From the NCBI GenBank assembly GCA_910588015.1, contig CAJUOK010000003.1, positions 79,742 through 143,741 of the forward strand: 64,000 nucleotides of DNA. Reading direction: 5' to 3'. Both the position numbers and the translations under genes were made by a program. This document shows, in pieces, positions 27,110-37,111 of the stretch. Numbering within the stretch: the first letter of the stretch is position 1; each line of letters opens with the position of its first letter. Source of the stretch: an uncultured Christensenellaceae bacterium (GTDB taxonomy: Bacteria > Bacillota > Clostridia > Christensenellales > UBA3700). The notes under the pieces were generated by a model. That model was not told the origin of the DNA and made no database searches. It saw nothing but the letters and a program-made list of their open reading frames with translations.

Positions 27110-27342
27110 TACTTCTCTAACTCCTTCAATTTTGCTATGAACTTCGATTGCGGAATAATCGATAAATCGAGAAACCATCCACTTTTTGCAAAGTCCATTA
27201 TGCTCTCCATTTCTGCTTCGGCTTTTTTCCGCATTATCGAGCCTTCGGGGTAGGTCTTATGTATTTTCACGCACTGTTTATAGTCCGTTAGTGCTTGCAT
27301 CACGATTGCTGCCGCCAAACCTCTAACTCCTACGCTATCCAT
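27109..27342 (-). CDS. Hypothetical protein
   Basis: 77 aa; coupled to its neighbours. Confidence 0.5.
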   Translation of the reverse strand: MDSVGVRGLAAAIVMQALTDYKQCVKIHKTYPEGSIMRKKAEAEMESIMDFAKSGWFLDLSIIPQSKFIAKLKELEK

Positions 27343-27763
27343 TGTTGATAACCTCCTCCGTGAATTTGCCTAGCTGATTTACTTCAATGAGTATTCCACA
27401 TTCGTCTTCGTACACCCAGCTCTTTTCCGCAGTCTCTCTTACAACCTGCGCATCGTCTATCCAAAACCCTACTTCCGTCATACAGTCCTTGAGCATTTTT
27501 TCGAGATTGTCGGTATCGGGTTTCGTTATCCGCCACTCGTTAGCCTTATGCGACTTGCCTTTCGGAAACCGCCACGAGACTTTCAGCTCAATTGCACCCT
27601 CCATCGGTTCTTGCGGTTTGAAAGGTCGCAAATGCCGGATTATTTCCGCTTGCGCAACCTTGACATTTTCGGGTTTATAGAAAAAAGGTCTACCGCGCAC
27701 TATTTTGACCTTGCGTTCTTGCGCCGTTACTGTCGGCGGAATCATAAAGAGAAAAATCTTCAT
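27335..27763 (-). CDS. rusA: RusA-like Holliday junction resolvase
   Basis: Start at MKIFLF (GGAGG RBS); KPDTDNLEKMLKDCM motif. Confidence 0.8.
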   Translation of the reverse strand: MKIFLFMIPPTVTAQERKVKIVRGRPFFYKPENVKVAQAEIIRHLRPFKPQEPMEGAIELKVSWRFPKGKSHKANEWRITKPDTDNLEKMLKDCMTEVGFWIDDAQVVRETAEKSWVYEDECGILIEVNQLGKFTEEVINNG

Positions 27764-27943
27764 TTCTGTTGCCTCCTTGTTTTTTTCAGAAAGGTTAAGA
27801 GCCAATAAACGGGAGGTGCTTGGGGATAGGACGGACTTTGAGTCCTATCCTACAACCCCTCTCCGTATTGGCGGCGTCAGTTGCTATTTATAAGCCCTTT
27901 CTGCCAGTTTTTTCTGCCGCCAAAATTGCGCCTTCTGCCAATA

Positions 27944-29944
27944 TCACTTTTTGCGAGTTATTAAGCCTTTATGAGTCGCATATTCATCTGCGAATTCCGT
28001 AACTCTCGCTCGTACCGTCCGCTCGGCTATACCCAAGTATTCCGCTATTGTCGATGCCGGGCAAGTTCCATCAATTGAAACGTTTATATCAAAGGCTCTG
28101 TCGAACTCCTCCTTACGAAGCTCTGGTGTCTGCTTGCGCTTACCGCTCTTTGTAAGATTACTTTTGGGGTCTCCTTCGCTATATAAGCCGCCAAGTATGC
28201 CTTGCTCATCAACTCGGTGAATCGGGTATTCGAACCAGAAGTTGCGAGGCTTGAAGTTCGGGAACTCTCGAAGTGAGCATTCTAATCGCCAAGCCGTAGA
28301 GTTGAGATTATCGGCATTTTCGTTCAAGAACTCTTCGCTAGTTTCGAGCTGAATCATATCGAGTTGCGCATCGGGGTCTCTTGCGAAAACTCCACTGCCG
28401 GATGCTCTGTCCATTGCCTTTTTATAGCCTTGCGCGCCCTTCGAATGGTGATGGCAGTAAATTGTAGCGCATCCAGAAACTTGGCAGATTTTATCAAACT
28501 GATTACAGAACTGCCCCATTTCAGAAGCGTTATTTTCATCCCCAGTAATGACTTTATAAATGGGGTCGATTATGACCGCATCAAAGTGCTGACTGCTTAC
28601 CCTTCGCAGCAGTTTCGGTACAAGCTTGTCAAGCGGTACGGCGTGACCGCGCAAATTCCAGATGTAAATATCATTTGGGTATTGCGGCTTGATATTCTGT
28701 GCCTTATAAATTTCCGAAAAGCGGTTGATGCACGATGCAGGGTCTATTTCGAGATTGACATATATGACCTTGGATTTCTTACACTCGAAACCGAGCCATT
28801 TCTTGCCTTCCGCCATTGCCACAGCAAGCTCCATCAATAGAAACGACTTACCCGCTTTGGACGAACCCGAAATGAGCATTTTATGTCCGCAACGCAGAAC
28901 GCCCTTGATGAGTTCGTCCGGCAGCTTCGGCGGATTTTCGAGTGCTTCACCGAGTAGCGTGAAAGCGGGCAATTCGTCATCCGCACCTTCGACATAGTCG
29001 AGCCAATCTACCCAAGACCGCCTTCCTATATTCGTTGCAATAAGCGTTTGCATCTGCCCGTTCCGCGTAACCCCAGGCATACGAGAAAGCCGAGACGGAT
29101 TTCTGTTCTGCTTGTCTACCTTCAGTCCGTTCTTTTCAAGATAGTCGTAAAGGAAATCGACACGCTTACGATATTCTTCGTAGTTTTCTGCATCCACCCT
29201 CACAATAGCGTGAAGGCTCTTTCCACCAGAGTGCGTGAGCGTTGCAATCGGTAATTCGAGCTTGCGGTAAAGCGCATCTTGCTCGGGTATCGGCATATCA
29301 TCGCTTTCTACAAGCGCATAGGAAAACCGAGTAACGTTTTCGTTTTTAACGCCCATTCCATCAAGCGGATTAAATCGCACCCAGGCACCGCAGTCCTTTT
29401 TCCAATCCCCAATGGTTGCACCGAGGTCGTTCGGGTACTTGCGGATTTGCGCAATAAGTTCCGCTGCCGTGCGGTCATATACGCCCTTGCTCGGCATCCA
29501 TTTGCCTTCGTTGTCTTTCCAGACATCATTTGAAACATAGCCAACCAGGTCATTGGGTTCAAACAAGGTTTCAAGAAACTTTATAAGCTGTTCTGCCGGG
29601 GACTGCGTTTTCGGCAATTCGTATGTTACCCCGTCCCCGTCATACTCAATGACATCGTTCCAGTCCATACACCCATCGCCTTCAAAGGCGTGAGGTGTGA
29701 ACCCGCGCTCTTTCGCCATCTGCACTATCGTTCCGCCCGACACTGGTTTTGCCGAACCCGTGAAAGACTTCCACTTTCTCTCGCACTCGCCAGGCTTATA
29801 CCGCTTGTCCGCTTGACTCCAACTATCCCAAACAGTCCAGTCGTAGCCTTCGGTCTTTAACGCCATACCAACCTGCACCCATTCTTCATAAGAAGTCGAT
29901 GCCGCATCAATGTATTTCAGTGCTTCGAGAATGTTGTTTTCCAT
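27944..29944 (-). CDS. Primase/helicase-type replication protein (PriCT-like N-terminus, primase-polymerase core, RepA/DnaB-like P-loop ATPase, C-terminal HTH)
   Basis: Walker A SGSSKAGKS; ...DAVIIDP...; 666 aa. Confidence 0.7.
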   Translation of the reverse strand: MENNILEALKYIDAASTSYEEWVQVGMALKTEGYDWTVWDSWSQADKRYKPGECERKWKSFTGSAKPVSGGTIVQMAKERGFTPHAFEGDGCMDWNDVIEYDGDGVTYELPKTQSPAEQLIKFLETLFEPNDLVGYVSNDVWKDNEGKWMPSKGVYDRTAAELIAQIRKYPNDLGATIGDWKKDCGAWVRFNPLDGMGVKNENVTRFSYALVESDDMPIPEQDALYRKLELPIATLTHSGGKSLHAIVRVDAENYEEYRKRVDFLYDYLEKNGLKVDKQNRNPSRLSRMPGVTRNGQMQTLIATNIGRRSWVDWLDYVEGADDELPAFTLLGEALENPPKLPDELIKGVLRCGHKMLISGSSKAGKSFLLMELAVAMAEGKKWLGFECKKSKVIYVNLEIDPASCINRFSEIYKAQNIKPQYPNDIYIWNLRGHAVPLDKLVPKLLRRVSSQHFDAVIIDPIYKVITGDENNASEMGQFCNQFDKICQVSGCATIYCHHHSKGAQGYKKAMDRASGSGVFARDPDAQLDMIQLETSEEFLNENADNLNSTAWRLECSLREFPNFKPRNFWFEYPIHRVDEQGILGGLYSEGDPKSNLTKSGKRKQTPELRKEEFDRAFDINVSIDGTCPASTIAEYLGIAERTVRARVTEFADEYATHKGLITRKK

Positions 29945-31539
29945 TATGCCTTCGCTCCTTCGGGTACATATTTAGAGGGGTCAATGCCACGGGGCAAGAA
30001 CCATCTGTTATTTGCAATTCTTGTTATCATCTTGCTTGCCGCTTCGAAACTCCAAGTACCCACATGGTAGAAACCGTAACGTTCCAAACAGCGTATCTGC
30101 TTCGGCGTTGCAAGTCCCTCAAACTGCCGAGTTTTCAGCTTGTCGATGATAAGCGTTGCTAAACCACAGTTCGTTACGCTCTCGGGATAGATGCCGTGCA
30201 TTTCAAGGTAATCGAGCTGCCGTTCCGTGGGCGGAGACATCTCCCAAGCGAAGGTCGGCGTGTAATTTGCCAAGTCCTCCGCAGCAATCGAAAGCGCATA
30301 TTGTATGGGGTCAACCAACTTTCTCTGACGCTTCTTCATAGCTTCAAGCTCACGAGCAAGGCTCTCTTCCCTTTCACGGATGACATCGCTCTCCGCTTCA
30401 TCCTCCGCAGCGATTAGGTCGATACCGCTCTCGTTGTCCATCATTTTTTTATCGATGCGAGCGGCAATCTGCTCGTCTTTTGAAATAAGCGCCGAAGGTC
30501 TACAAAGGTCGTGCCGTTCTGTCATCCAAAGGAAATCAAGCAAAAGAAGCTCTTTCTTGTTGGGAGACAGTCGCATTCCCCGTCCGACCATTTGTTGGTA
30601 TAAACTGCGAACCTTCGTAGGTCGTAACACAATGATGCAGTCTACACTGGGGCAGTCCCAACCTTCCGTCAGCAACATCGAATTACAAAGCACATCGTAT
30701 TCGCCGTCTTCAAAGTTTTTGAGTATTTTGTCTCTATCTTTGCTTGCGCCATTGACCTCGGCAGCTCGGAAGCCGTGAACATTCAACAGCTCACAGAAAT
30801 TCTGCGATGTTTTGACGAGCGGTAGGAAAACCACTGTCTTTCTGCCCTTGCAATAGTTCAACATTTCAAGAGAGATTTGGTTTAAGTAAGGTTCAAGCGC
30901 ACTGCCGATTTCGCCAACAGCATAGTCCCCGTTGGAAAATCCGACATTCGCAATATCCAATTCCAAAGGAATCATCTGTGCTTTTACAGGGCAAAGGAAT
31001 TTGTCTCTTACCGCCTGGTTGAGTGTGTACTCAAACGCCTTGCTGTCGAAAAACTTACCGAGACTCTTTTGGTCTGCTCTGTCCGGGGTTGCCGTAACGC
31101 CGAGAACCTTTGCGGTATCGAAATAGCCGAGTATGCGTTGGTAGCTTTCGCTCATACAGTGATGAGCTTCGTCCACTACTATCAAATCGAAGTAGTCCTT
31201 GGGAAACTTCGCCAGCCTTCGCTCCTGACACAACGTTTGCACCGATGCCACCGTTACTCGCTCGAATCTGCCAAGCGAAGTTGACTCGGCTTTTTCAAGC
31301 GCAGTGTCCAACCCACAAGCGAACTTCAATTTGTCCGATGCTTGGTCGAGCAACTCTCCGCGGTGTGCAAGGATAAGTGCGCGCTTCCCATTCAAGACAC
31401 TACTTTCTACTACTTTCGCAAATACTATCTTGTTACCCGTACCCGTAGGAAGCACAACCAAAGTATGGTTATGCCCCCTTTGGAATTCGTCGGATACGGC
31501 TTGGATAGCACTCGACTGATAAGGTCGAAGTTCTATCAT
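29944..31539 (-). CDS. DEAD/DEAH-box (SF2) helicase
   Basis: PTGTGNK, VVDEAHH and SAT-like GVTATP motifs; 1-nt overlap with the primase gene. Confidence 0.8.
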   Translation of the reverse strand: MIELRPYQSSAIQAVSDEFQRGHNHTLVVLPTGTGNKIVFAKVVESSVLNGKRALILAHRGELLDQASDKLKFACGLDTALEKAESTSLGRFERVTVASVQTLCQERRLAKFPKDYFDLIVVDEAHHCMSESYQRILGYFDTAKVLGVTATPDRADQKSLGKFFDSKAFEYTLNQAVRDKFLCPVKAQMIPLELDIANVGFSNGDYAVGEIGSALEPYLNQISLEMLNYCKGRKTVVFLPLVKTSQNFCELLNVHGFRAAEVNGASKDRDKILKNFEDGEYDVLCNSMLLTEGWDCPSVDCIIVLRPTKVRSLYQQMVGRGMRLSPNKKELLLLDFLWMTERHDLCRPSALISKDEQIAARIDKKMMDNESGIDLIAAEDEAESDVIREREESLARELEAMKKRQRKLVDPIQYALSIAAEDLANYTPTFAWEMSPPTERQLDYLEMHGIYPESVTNCGLATLIIDKLKTRQFEGLATPKQIRCLERYGFYHVGTWSFEAASKMITRIANNRWFLPRGIDPSKYVPEGAKA

Positions 31540-31553
31540 TTAGCACCTCGCTA

Positions 31554-32033
31554 TTAGAACGGGATGTCCCCATCGTCATCGCAAACGACAAGATTATCGA
31601 TTGCCGTGAAAAAATCGGGATTGTAATCGTAGAACTTATCGATGTCGTTGATGGTTTTTTCCTCGCCGCTATTGTTGGTATAGGTTCTCTGCTTGAAATG
31701 CGCTCTGCCCTTGCTGCCGACAACCTTATTCCAGTCCATAACGAGCTTTTCGCCCGCTTTCTTCTGTCCAATGCAACGGAAGAAGGATGCAATACGCCAT
31801 TCGAGCGTTCTGTAAAGCAGTAAGTCGAACCTTACCACGCAAACGCCTTCTTTCGTCTTGACTTGCACGGTAATCGTTGCCTTGTTGCAAGCGGGAACTT
31901 TCTGTCCGCCGGGGAATCTGCCGCGCTCGAAGTTTGTAACGATGAAGTTGTAATCGCCCTCTTCAAGCAATACGAACTCCTGTCCGTCCGATTCGATGGT
32001 ATCGTTCCAATCCATCATGTTCTTGTCTTCCAT
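31554..32033 (-). CDS. DUF669/SSB-like protein with an SSB-type acidic C-terminal tail
   Basis: Ends in DDDGDIPF; lies between the ATPase and helicase genes. Confidence 0.55.
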   Translation of the reverse strand: MEDKNMMDWNDTIESDGQEFVLLEEGDYNFIVTNFERGRFPGGQKVPACNKATITVQVKTKEGVCVVRFDLLLYRTLEWRIASFFRCIGQKKAGEKLVMDWNKVVGSKGRAHFKQRTYTNNSGEEKTINDIDKFYDYNPDFFTAIDNLVVCDDDGDIPF

Positions 32034-32995
32034 TATTCGTTTCCTCCGTTATTGTTTTCTTTGATTGTTTGCACGATTTTTTTGAAATTGGGAATCACCC
32101 AACGATTGAAAAATTCGGGAGCGTATTCTTCAAGGATAGTCCCTTCGGGATAGTGTCCCTTGGAAACCACAAGGCTTTCAAGCTGACCTTCCGTGATGCC
32201 GCTGTCCGCCACGAGTTTCTTGACCTTTTCTACAAGGTTCTCTGCCTTCAGTTCTTCCTTCTTGGGTGTATTTTTCTTTGTGGGGACATCGGTGAAAAGA
32301 TGTGCGATTGCCGCAAAGTCAAGGTCAAGCTCGTCGGGAAGGTCAAATCTGTTTTTCGCATCCCAGCACGGGTTGTGAGTCGTGTACATTACACGCTTGC
32401 CGCCTTGCGCTTTCTTTGCGTTATTTTCCGTAGTAACTACGAAAGTCTTATAGTTACAGAACAGGAGCATATCGCACCATTCCTTGATAAGCGGCGCAAC
32501 CTGTCTTGTGAGTTTGGTTTCGTATCTGTCGAAAGCACCTTGCTCATCGGGAAGCTCGAACTTTCTCGGTTTGCCGTGTGCGATGATTACAGGGTTGATC
32601 CCAACTTCCGTGAGCTTGTTTAAGAGTTTCAGGAACTCGCCAAACTCCTCTTGCAAGTAGGTATAGCCTTTACCGTAGCCAAACGACTCGATGCTGACTT
32701 GGCGGTACTTCGCACAAATATAATCGATGCAAAAACTCTCCGCCCAGTCTGCCGTGTCGATAACGAGACTCTTGCATACTTCAGGGTAAGCTATGACTTC
32801 CTTGACTGTTGCAAGCAGTTCTTCCCAACCCGTAATCTTGATACGGCGAACGTCAAGTCTCGAAGTACCGCCTTCGGTATCCAAGAATAAAGCGTTCGGG
32901 AACTTTGCGGCGAGAGAGCTTTTGCCGACACCTTCTGCGCCATAGATGACTGTTTTGATAGGCGTTTTCTCTACGCCTGTGGTAATGTTTAACAT
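32033..32995 (-). CDS. RecA-fold AAA ATPase (Sak4-like recombination ATPase)
   Basis: Walker A GAEGVGKS; Walker B-like LVIDT. Confidence 0.65.
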   Translation of the reverse strand: MLNITTGVEKTPIKTVIYGAEGVGKSSLAAKFPNALFLDTEGGTSRLDVRRIKITGWEELLATVKEVIAYPEVCKSLVIDTADWAESFCIDYICAKYRQVSIESFGYGKGYTYLQEEFGEFLKLLNKLTEVGINPVIIAHGKPRKFELPDEQGAFDRYETKLTRQVAPLIKEWCDMLLFCNYKTFVVTTENNAKKAQGGKRVMYTTHNPCWDAKNRFDLPDELDLDFAAIAHLFTDVPTKKNTPKKEELKAENLVEKVKKLVADSGITEGQLESLVVSKGHYPEGTILEEYAPEFFNRWVIPNFKKIVQTIKENNNGGNE

Positions 32996-33001
32996 TGGTT
33001 T

Positions 33002-34153
33002 TTATTCTCCTTTTTTGATAATGATTTCGGTTCTTGAATCCCCTTCGGGGACGAGTGTGGGTTGTCCTTTTGGACGAGTTACATAGTTGCCAACCAAGGT
33101 GTCGAACTGCGACTTGCCGACCATTTTTTGAATGTCGCTTATTGACAGCAGTTTCTTGGTGTAAGGGTCATACCCCGCATCGGTCAGTATTTTTCCAACG
33201 GCAACTTCGTCTGTTATCTTGCGCTTGGTCTGCGATTCCACGAGCTTGAACCCCAACCATCTGCGACCTTGCTCTATGGCTTTTTTCAGCGCATACTCCT
33301 TGACTGCTTCCGCATAGGCAATGACACTGTCGAGCTTCGGCAACACCGCTTCTATTTCCTCATCGGTCATAAGGTTCGGCTGTTTCATCTCGCCCACCGC
33401 ACTGAAAGCCTCATCGTGGCGAGTTCTGCACGTTGCCTTCCCTGGGCAGTATTTGCACCACCAGCCACTTGCTGACTTGGGATTTTCGCTCATAGCGTTT
33501 TGCGCTGCCGGAACAAGTACATCTTTCTCCCACGCTTCGAGCTGTTCCGCCGTTACCGCGATTTCCGAAAAGTTATGAATACGCTCTTGGAAGATAACAA
33601 GACGTATCTGCTTTATGGGGTACACATCCTTGAATGCCTTGTACGCATACAGACCATAAATGGCAAGTTGACTGTTGAGCTGTCCGTCTTCTTCGGCGGT
33701 TACTTTGATGAACCCAGTCTTGTTGTCTATGACTGTTAACGTATCTCCTGCGATGATGCAACAGTCCACTGTGCCGTGGGTATCGGGCGCATAGTCCATT
33801 TCGAGATACTGCTCGATAAGCACAATAGGTTCTTTTCCCGTTCGCTTCCTTTCAAAATCCACCTGTTCCACAACATAAGTCGAGTAACTTTTTGCGAGAT
33901 ATTCCATCTCATCGTTGTAAAGATTGAGTGTTTTCTTTAACTCTCCCGCTATGGGCGCGACATTTGCATCGTAAGCCGTAAGTTTCAAAGACTCGTTGAT
34001 GTACGCCTCCGCAAGCGCGTGGGTTTCTGTGCCGAACTGTGCGGCTTCACTGCCTTCATCTTCTTCCTTGTTTGCGAGGAACTTTGCAGCGAGTCCGCAG
34101 TGTACCCATTCCTTTGCACTGGGTGCTAGTATGCTATGCGTTCTCGGTGGCAT
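33002..34153 (-). CDS. PD-(D/E)XK exonuclease of the Cas4/RecB-like DUF2800 type
   Basis: Start at MPPRTHSILAPS; GTVDCCII..D...VIDNKTG; C-terminal Cys cluster WWCKYCPGKATC. Confidence 0.65.
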   Translation of the reverse strand: MPPRTHSILAPSAKEWVHCGLAAKFLANKEEDEGSEAAQFGTETHALAEAYINESLKLTAYDANVAPIAGELKKTLNLYNDEMEYLAKSYSTYVVEQVDFERKRTGKEPIVLIEQYLEMDYAPDTHGTVDCCIIAGDTLTVIDNKTGFIKVTAEEDGQLNSQLAIYGLYAYKAFKDVYPIKQIRLVIFQERIHNFSEIAVTAEQLEAWEKDVLVPAAQNAMSENPKSASGWWCKYCPGKATCRTRHDEAFSAVGEMKQPNLMTDEEIEAVLPKLDSVIAYAEAVKEYALKKAIEQGRRWLGFKLVESQTKRKITDEVAVGKILTDAGYDPYTKKLLSISDIQKMVGKSQFDTLVGNYVTRPKGQPTLVPEGDSRTEIIIKKGE

Positions 34154-34304
34154 TGCTCGTCCCTCCCGTATCTGAACTCTCGTCAGCTTCGACACCATCG
34201 ATATCGGCTTTGAGTTTCTCCATCCCAACTGCATCGTTGGGTTGCTTGGTTACCTTGACATTTATTGCTTCGTCCGACTCGATAACCACTTTTACCTTTG
34301 CCAT
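34134..34304 (-). CDS. Small acidic hypothetical protein (56 aa)
   Basis: Start at MAKVKVV (AGGAGG RBS). Confidence 0.45.
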   Translation of the reverse strand: MAKVKVVIESDEAINVKVTKQPNDAVGMEKLKADIDGVEADESSDTGGTSNATENA

Positions 34305-34424
34305 AAAATTACCTCCTGTTTTGTTAGGACTTATGCCCTTCATTACATAAGGAGTGGCAGCAGAGAAATTTCGGGTATCAGTGCAAAATTTCTTTTATTT
34401 TTTTTAATCCTCTGAAAAAGGACA

Positions 34425-34461
34425 TAAAAAAACCTCTTATGCATTGCTAGTGCATAAGAGG
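34425..34461 (-). terminator. Strong rho-independent terminator after the 636-aa gene
   Basis: 11-bp stem CCUCUUAUGCA/UGCAUAAGAGG followed by UUUUUUUA. Confidence 0.85.
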
Positions 34462-34485
34462 TAAATTAGTTTTTATTTCATTTTA

Positions 34486-34505
34486 GTTCGCAAAAATTTG
34501 CGAGA
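34486..34505. promoter_or_regulatory. Conserved inverted repeat GTTCGCAAAAATTTGCGAGA (operator candidate, copy 1)
   Basis: The minus-strand reading of 37112-37133 (ggTTCGCAAAAATCTGCGAAac) matches this plus-strand 20-mer at all but 2 positions. Confidence 0.55.
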
Positions 34506-34511
34506 ATTTTT

Positions 34512-36422
34512 TTAAGGAAGAGTCCACTCTACTTTTTCTATTGCGTTAAGCTGTGCATTCCACGCATCTAGTCCCTGGTCATAGTATTCACGGATAAGGA
34601 AGTCATATGCTCCATCCATCTCGGTTGACAAATTAAGTCGCTTACCTGCAACTTCCAGGAGTTTGTGCGTTACGATAGGATGCAAATGCATTGCAGCGCA
34701 GATTGCCAACACCTCGCCTTTGCTGGGTTCCTTTTCACCAGACAGAAATTGTGCGATTTTATGGTCATTGATGTAACTTTCACTGTACAAACTATTATTG
34801 CTGAAACCATTTTCTTTCATTAAAAAAGCCAAAGACTCTGCAAATGAACCGTTCATATTTCTGACAAGATTGTTTGCTTCCTGTATTTCAAAAATCTCAT
34901 CGCTTAAATCCGCTAATTGCGATGCACTTTCTAGTATTGCAGAGTTATGTTCATCCGCTGAATTTACATTGGAATTGAACTCCTTCCCCCTACTTCTAGC
35001 AAGGAAGCACATCGAATAATATCGGTCATTGAAGCTGTTATGATTTTTTCTCTCATGGTTAAAGACAAGACAGCACTCATCCATATGTTCGAGCGCATAA
35101 TCTGTCAGTTCTTGCTTGCCAGTCTCTTTGTCTTTATAGGTGTACTTTTTATTGTTTATGACAAAGAAACCGCTAGCATAAACAATCGTCCGCTTTTCGA
35201 GGCAATCCCGAAGTTGCTTGTTAATCGTTCCATTTGCCACGGCATCATAGAAACTTGCCGAGAAGGATTGTTCAGGTTTAATCTTTGATGCGTTATAAAG
35301 ATATGATTTCGTATGGCTATTGTCTATGTAATCGTGAATGCCCTTTAAATAATCATATCCCAATTCGAGCAACCGAATTTTGACGGAAGTTATTGTAACA
35401 TCGAAAAATGTAGCTAGCCTATTTATAGTTTGCTCGTAAACTTTAACGAGACTGGTTTCGCCACTTGATATCACCTCTGCCTTTATTTGCTCGAATTTCA
35501 GCTTGGTCATATCGGCGGGCATAAGGATGCGCGGTGCGAGAGCATTTGCTTGCCACTCCATCCACTTGTATTCTTCCATCAAACTATCGTCTATGGTTTT
35601 TATATCTTCACCCAAGACTGTACAAGTAATATTTGACAGCGAAGAATTAAGTAAATGCAGTAAAGCAAAGAATTTCCTATGCAGTTCCCAGTGAACACAC
35701 TCGTGTACAATGGTATTATTTAAAGACCCAACTCCATAATAAAAGAATGCATTGTTGTCACAAACAATAGTTCCGCGCTTAATCGTTACGGGTTTTCCAT
35801 CTTTGTCCTTTGCATTTTTATCTATGAAATAACACTTACCGAACACCCCACCTTTAAGGTGTCCTGTTAGCACCTTTACCCCCATTGCCTTTACTAGTTT
35901 TGCAAGGGGTAACGCCATAGGCACTTCCAGAGCTTTGGGATAGTATTTTTTCAAAATTTGCGTTGCGTGATATTCTAAATCTTTCTCTTGAATATACGGA
36001 ACGAAATTCTTTGTGGAAGCGGCTTGAATTCTAAAGCTCTCTCTGTCCTCAAGCAATCGAACATCGACAACTTCCATATCCTGGAACTGGTCTATGAACC
36101 TTGCTTTCAACTTCATACTCAACCAAAGTAAAGCTGTGTCTTGGTCGATGTCCCCTTTGCGCTTACCATACGCATAACCAGTTATAATAACAGAAACCGA
36201 TACCGCACAGTGAATATAAACATAGTCATCTTTCAATGCTTCCGTATAAAGGCTAGTAATAGTACAAGAATCTAACTCCGGTTCTTCTGTTGTGAAAGGA
36301 ATATAGTTGGTTTTGAAATCTAACTTGTGTTGCGCAATATAACCCGAGGCGGATTCTGCCAACAAGTCGTAAAAATTATCGGTGAGATATTCAGCTAAAG
36401 TCCTATATTTCGTCTTCGCCAC
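34512..36422 (-). CDS. Large ImmA/IrrE-type (M78, HExxH) metallopeptidase-domain protein with a C-terminal HTH-like region
   Basis: GTG start. IVHECVHWELH plus WMEWQANALAPRILMP. C-terminal LSGEKEPSKGEVLAICAAMHL. Confidence 0.6.
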   Translation of the reverse strand: MAKTKYRTLAEYLTDNFYDLLAESASGYIAQHKLDFKTNYIPFTTEEPELDSCTITSLYTEALKDDYVYIHCAVSVSVIITGYAYGKRKGDIDQDTALLWLSMKLKARFIDQFQDMEVVDVRLLEDRESFRIQAASTKNFVPYIQEKDLEYHATQILKKYYPKALEVPMALPLAKLVKAMGVKVLTGHLKGGVFGKCYFIDKNAKDKDGKPVTIKRGTIVCDNNAFFYYGVGSLNNTIVHECVHWELHRKFFALLHLLNSSLSNITCTVLGEDIKTIDDSLMEEYKWMEWQANALAPRILMPADMTKLKFEQIKAEVISSGETSLVKVYEQTINRLATFFDVTITSVKIRLLELGYDYLKGIHDYIDNSHTKSYLYNASKIKPEQSFSASFYDAVANGTINKQLRDCLEKRTIVYASGFFVINNKKYTYKDKETGKQELTDYALEHMDECCLVFNHERKNHNSFNDRYYSMCFLARSRGKEFNSNVNSADEHNSAILESASQLADLSDEIFEIQEANNLVRNMNGSFAESLAFLMKENGFSNNSLYSESYINDHKIAQFLSGEKEPSKGEVLAICAAMHLHPIVTHKLLEVAGKRLNLSTEMDGAYDFLIREYYDQGLDAWNAQLNAIEKVEWTLP

Positions 36423-36494
36423 TTTCCCTTCGCTCCTTTTGATTTATTATATCAAAATTGGAGCATAAAAGCAACTTTTCTACATATGCCCTTG

Positions 36495-36887
36495 TTATTG
36501 CAGAATATCTTTTAATTTTTTCAAAATTCTCTGCAACCGTTCTGTGAACGAGCTGTTGGCAATGCCGAGCGACTTGGCAACTTCACTTTTTTTTTCGCCG
36601 TTGAAATATACTCGGCGGATGATTTCTTGTTGTTCTGCAGTAAGTTGCGAAATAGCCTTGCACAATTCCGCCTTTTCCTCGTCTTCTTCCAAAGTGTCTG
36701 GGGCGGCAAACTGTACACCTTGCGCTTCCATTGCTTCGAGCGAACAGTTGTGTTTTCTATTCCTCCAGTCTTGTCTCCACTGCTCACGCTTGCTCTCCGC
36801 TTCAATCTCCAAGTACGCCGAAGCAAAGCTCTCCTCTACTTCAATCTCCGTTACCTTACCGTTGATTTCACATTTGATAGTTGTCAT
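36495..36887 (-). CDS. Sigma-70 region-4-like HTH protein
   Basis: Start at MTTIKCE; LTAEQQEIIRRVYFNGEKKSEVAKSLGIANSSFTERL. Confidence 0.6.
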   Translation of the reverse strand: MTTIKCEINGKVTEIEVEESFASAYLEIEAESKREQWRQDWRNRKHNCSLEAMEAQGVQFAAPDTLEEDEEKAELCKAISQLTAEQQEIIRRVYFNGEKKSEVAKSLGIANSSFTERLQRILKKLKDILQ

Positions 36888-37111
36888 AAAAAAGCACCTC
36901 CGCTTGAATTTCTTGTTCAAGACAGAAGTGCCTTTCTATCCGCCGAAAAGAGCGCGACAAAATTAAGGTGGTATTACTTCCATCTTGATTTTGTAGCTCT
37001 CCCGATTGCGACGGCAAAGTTACCTATTAATTTTATTTTGCGTACCCACGCAATTTCCGAGTAGCTAGTTCGGATGAGTACGCACAAATTATACAATTTT
37101 TATTTTTCTGT

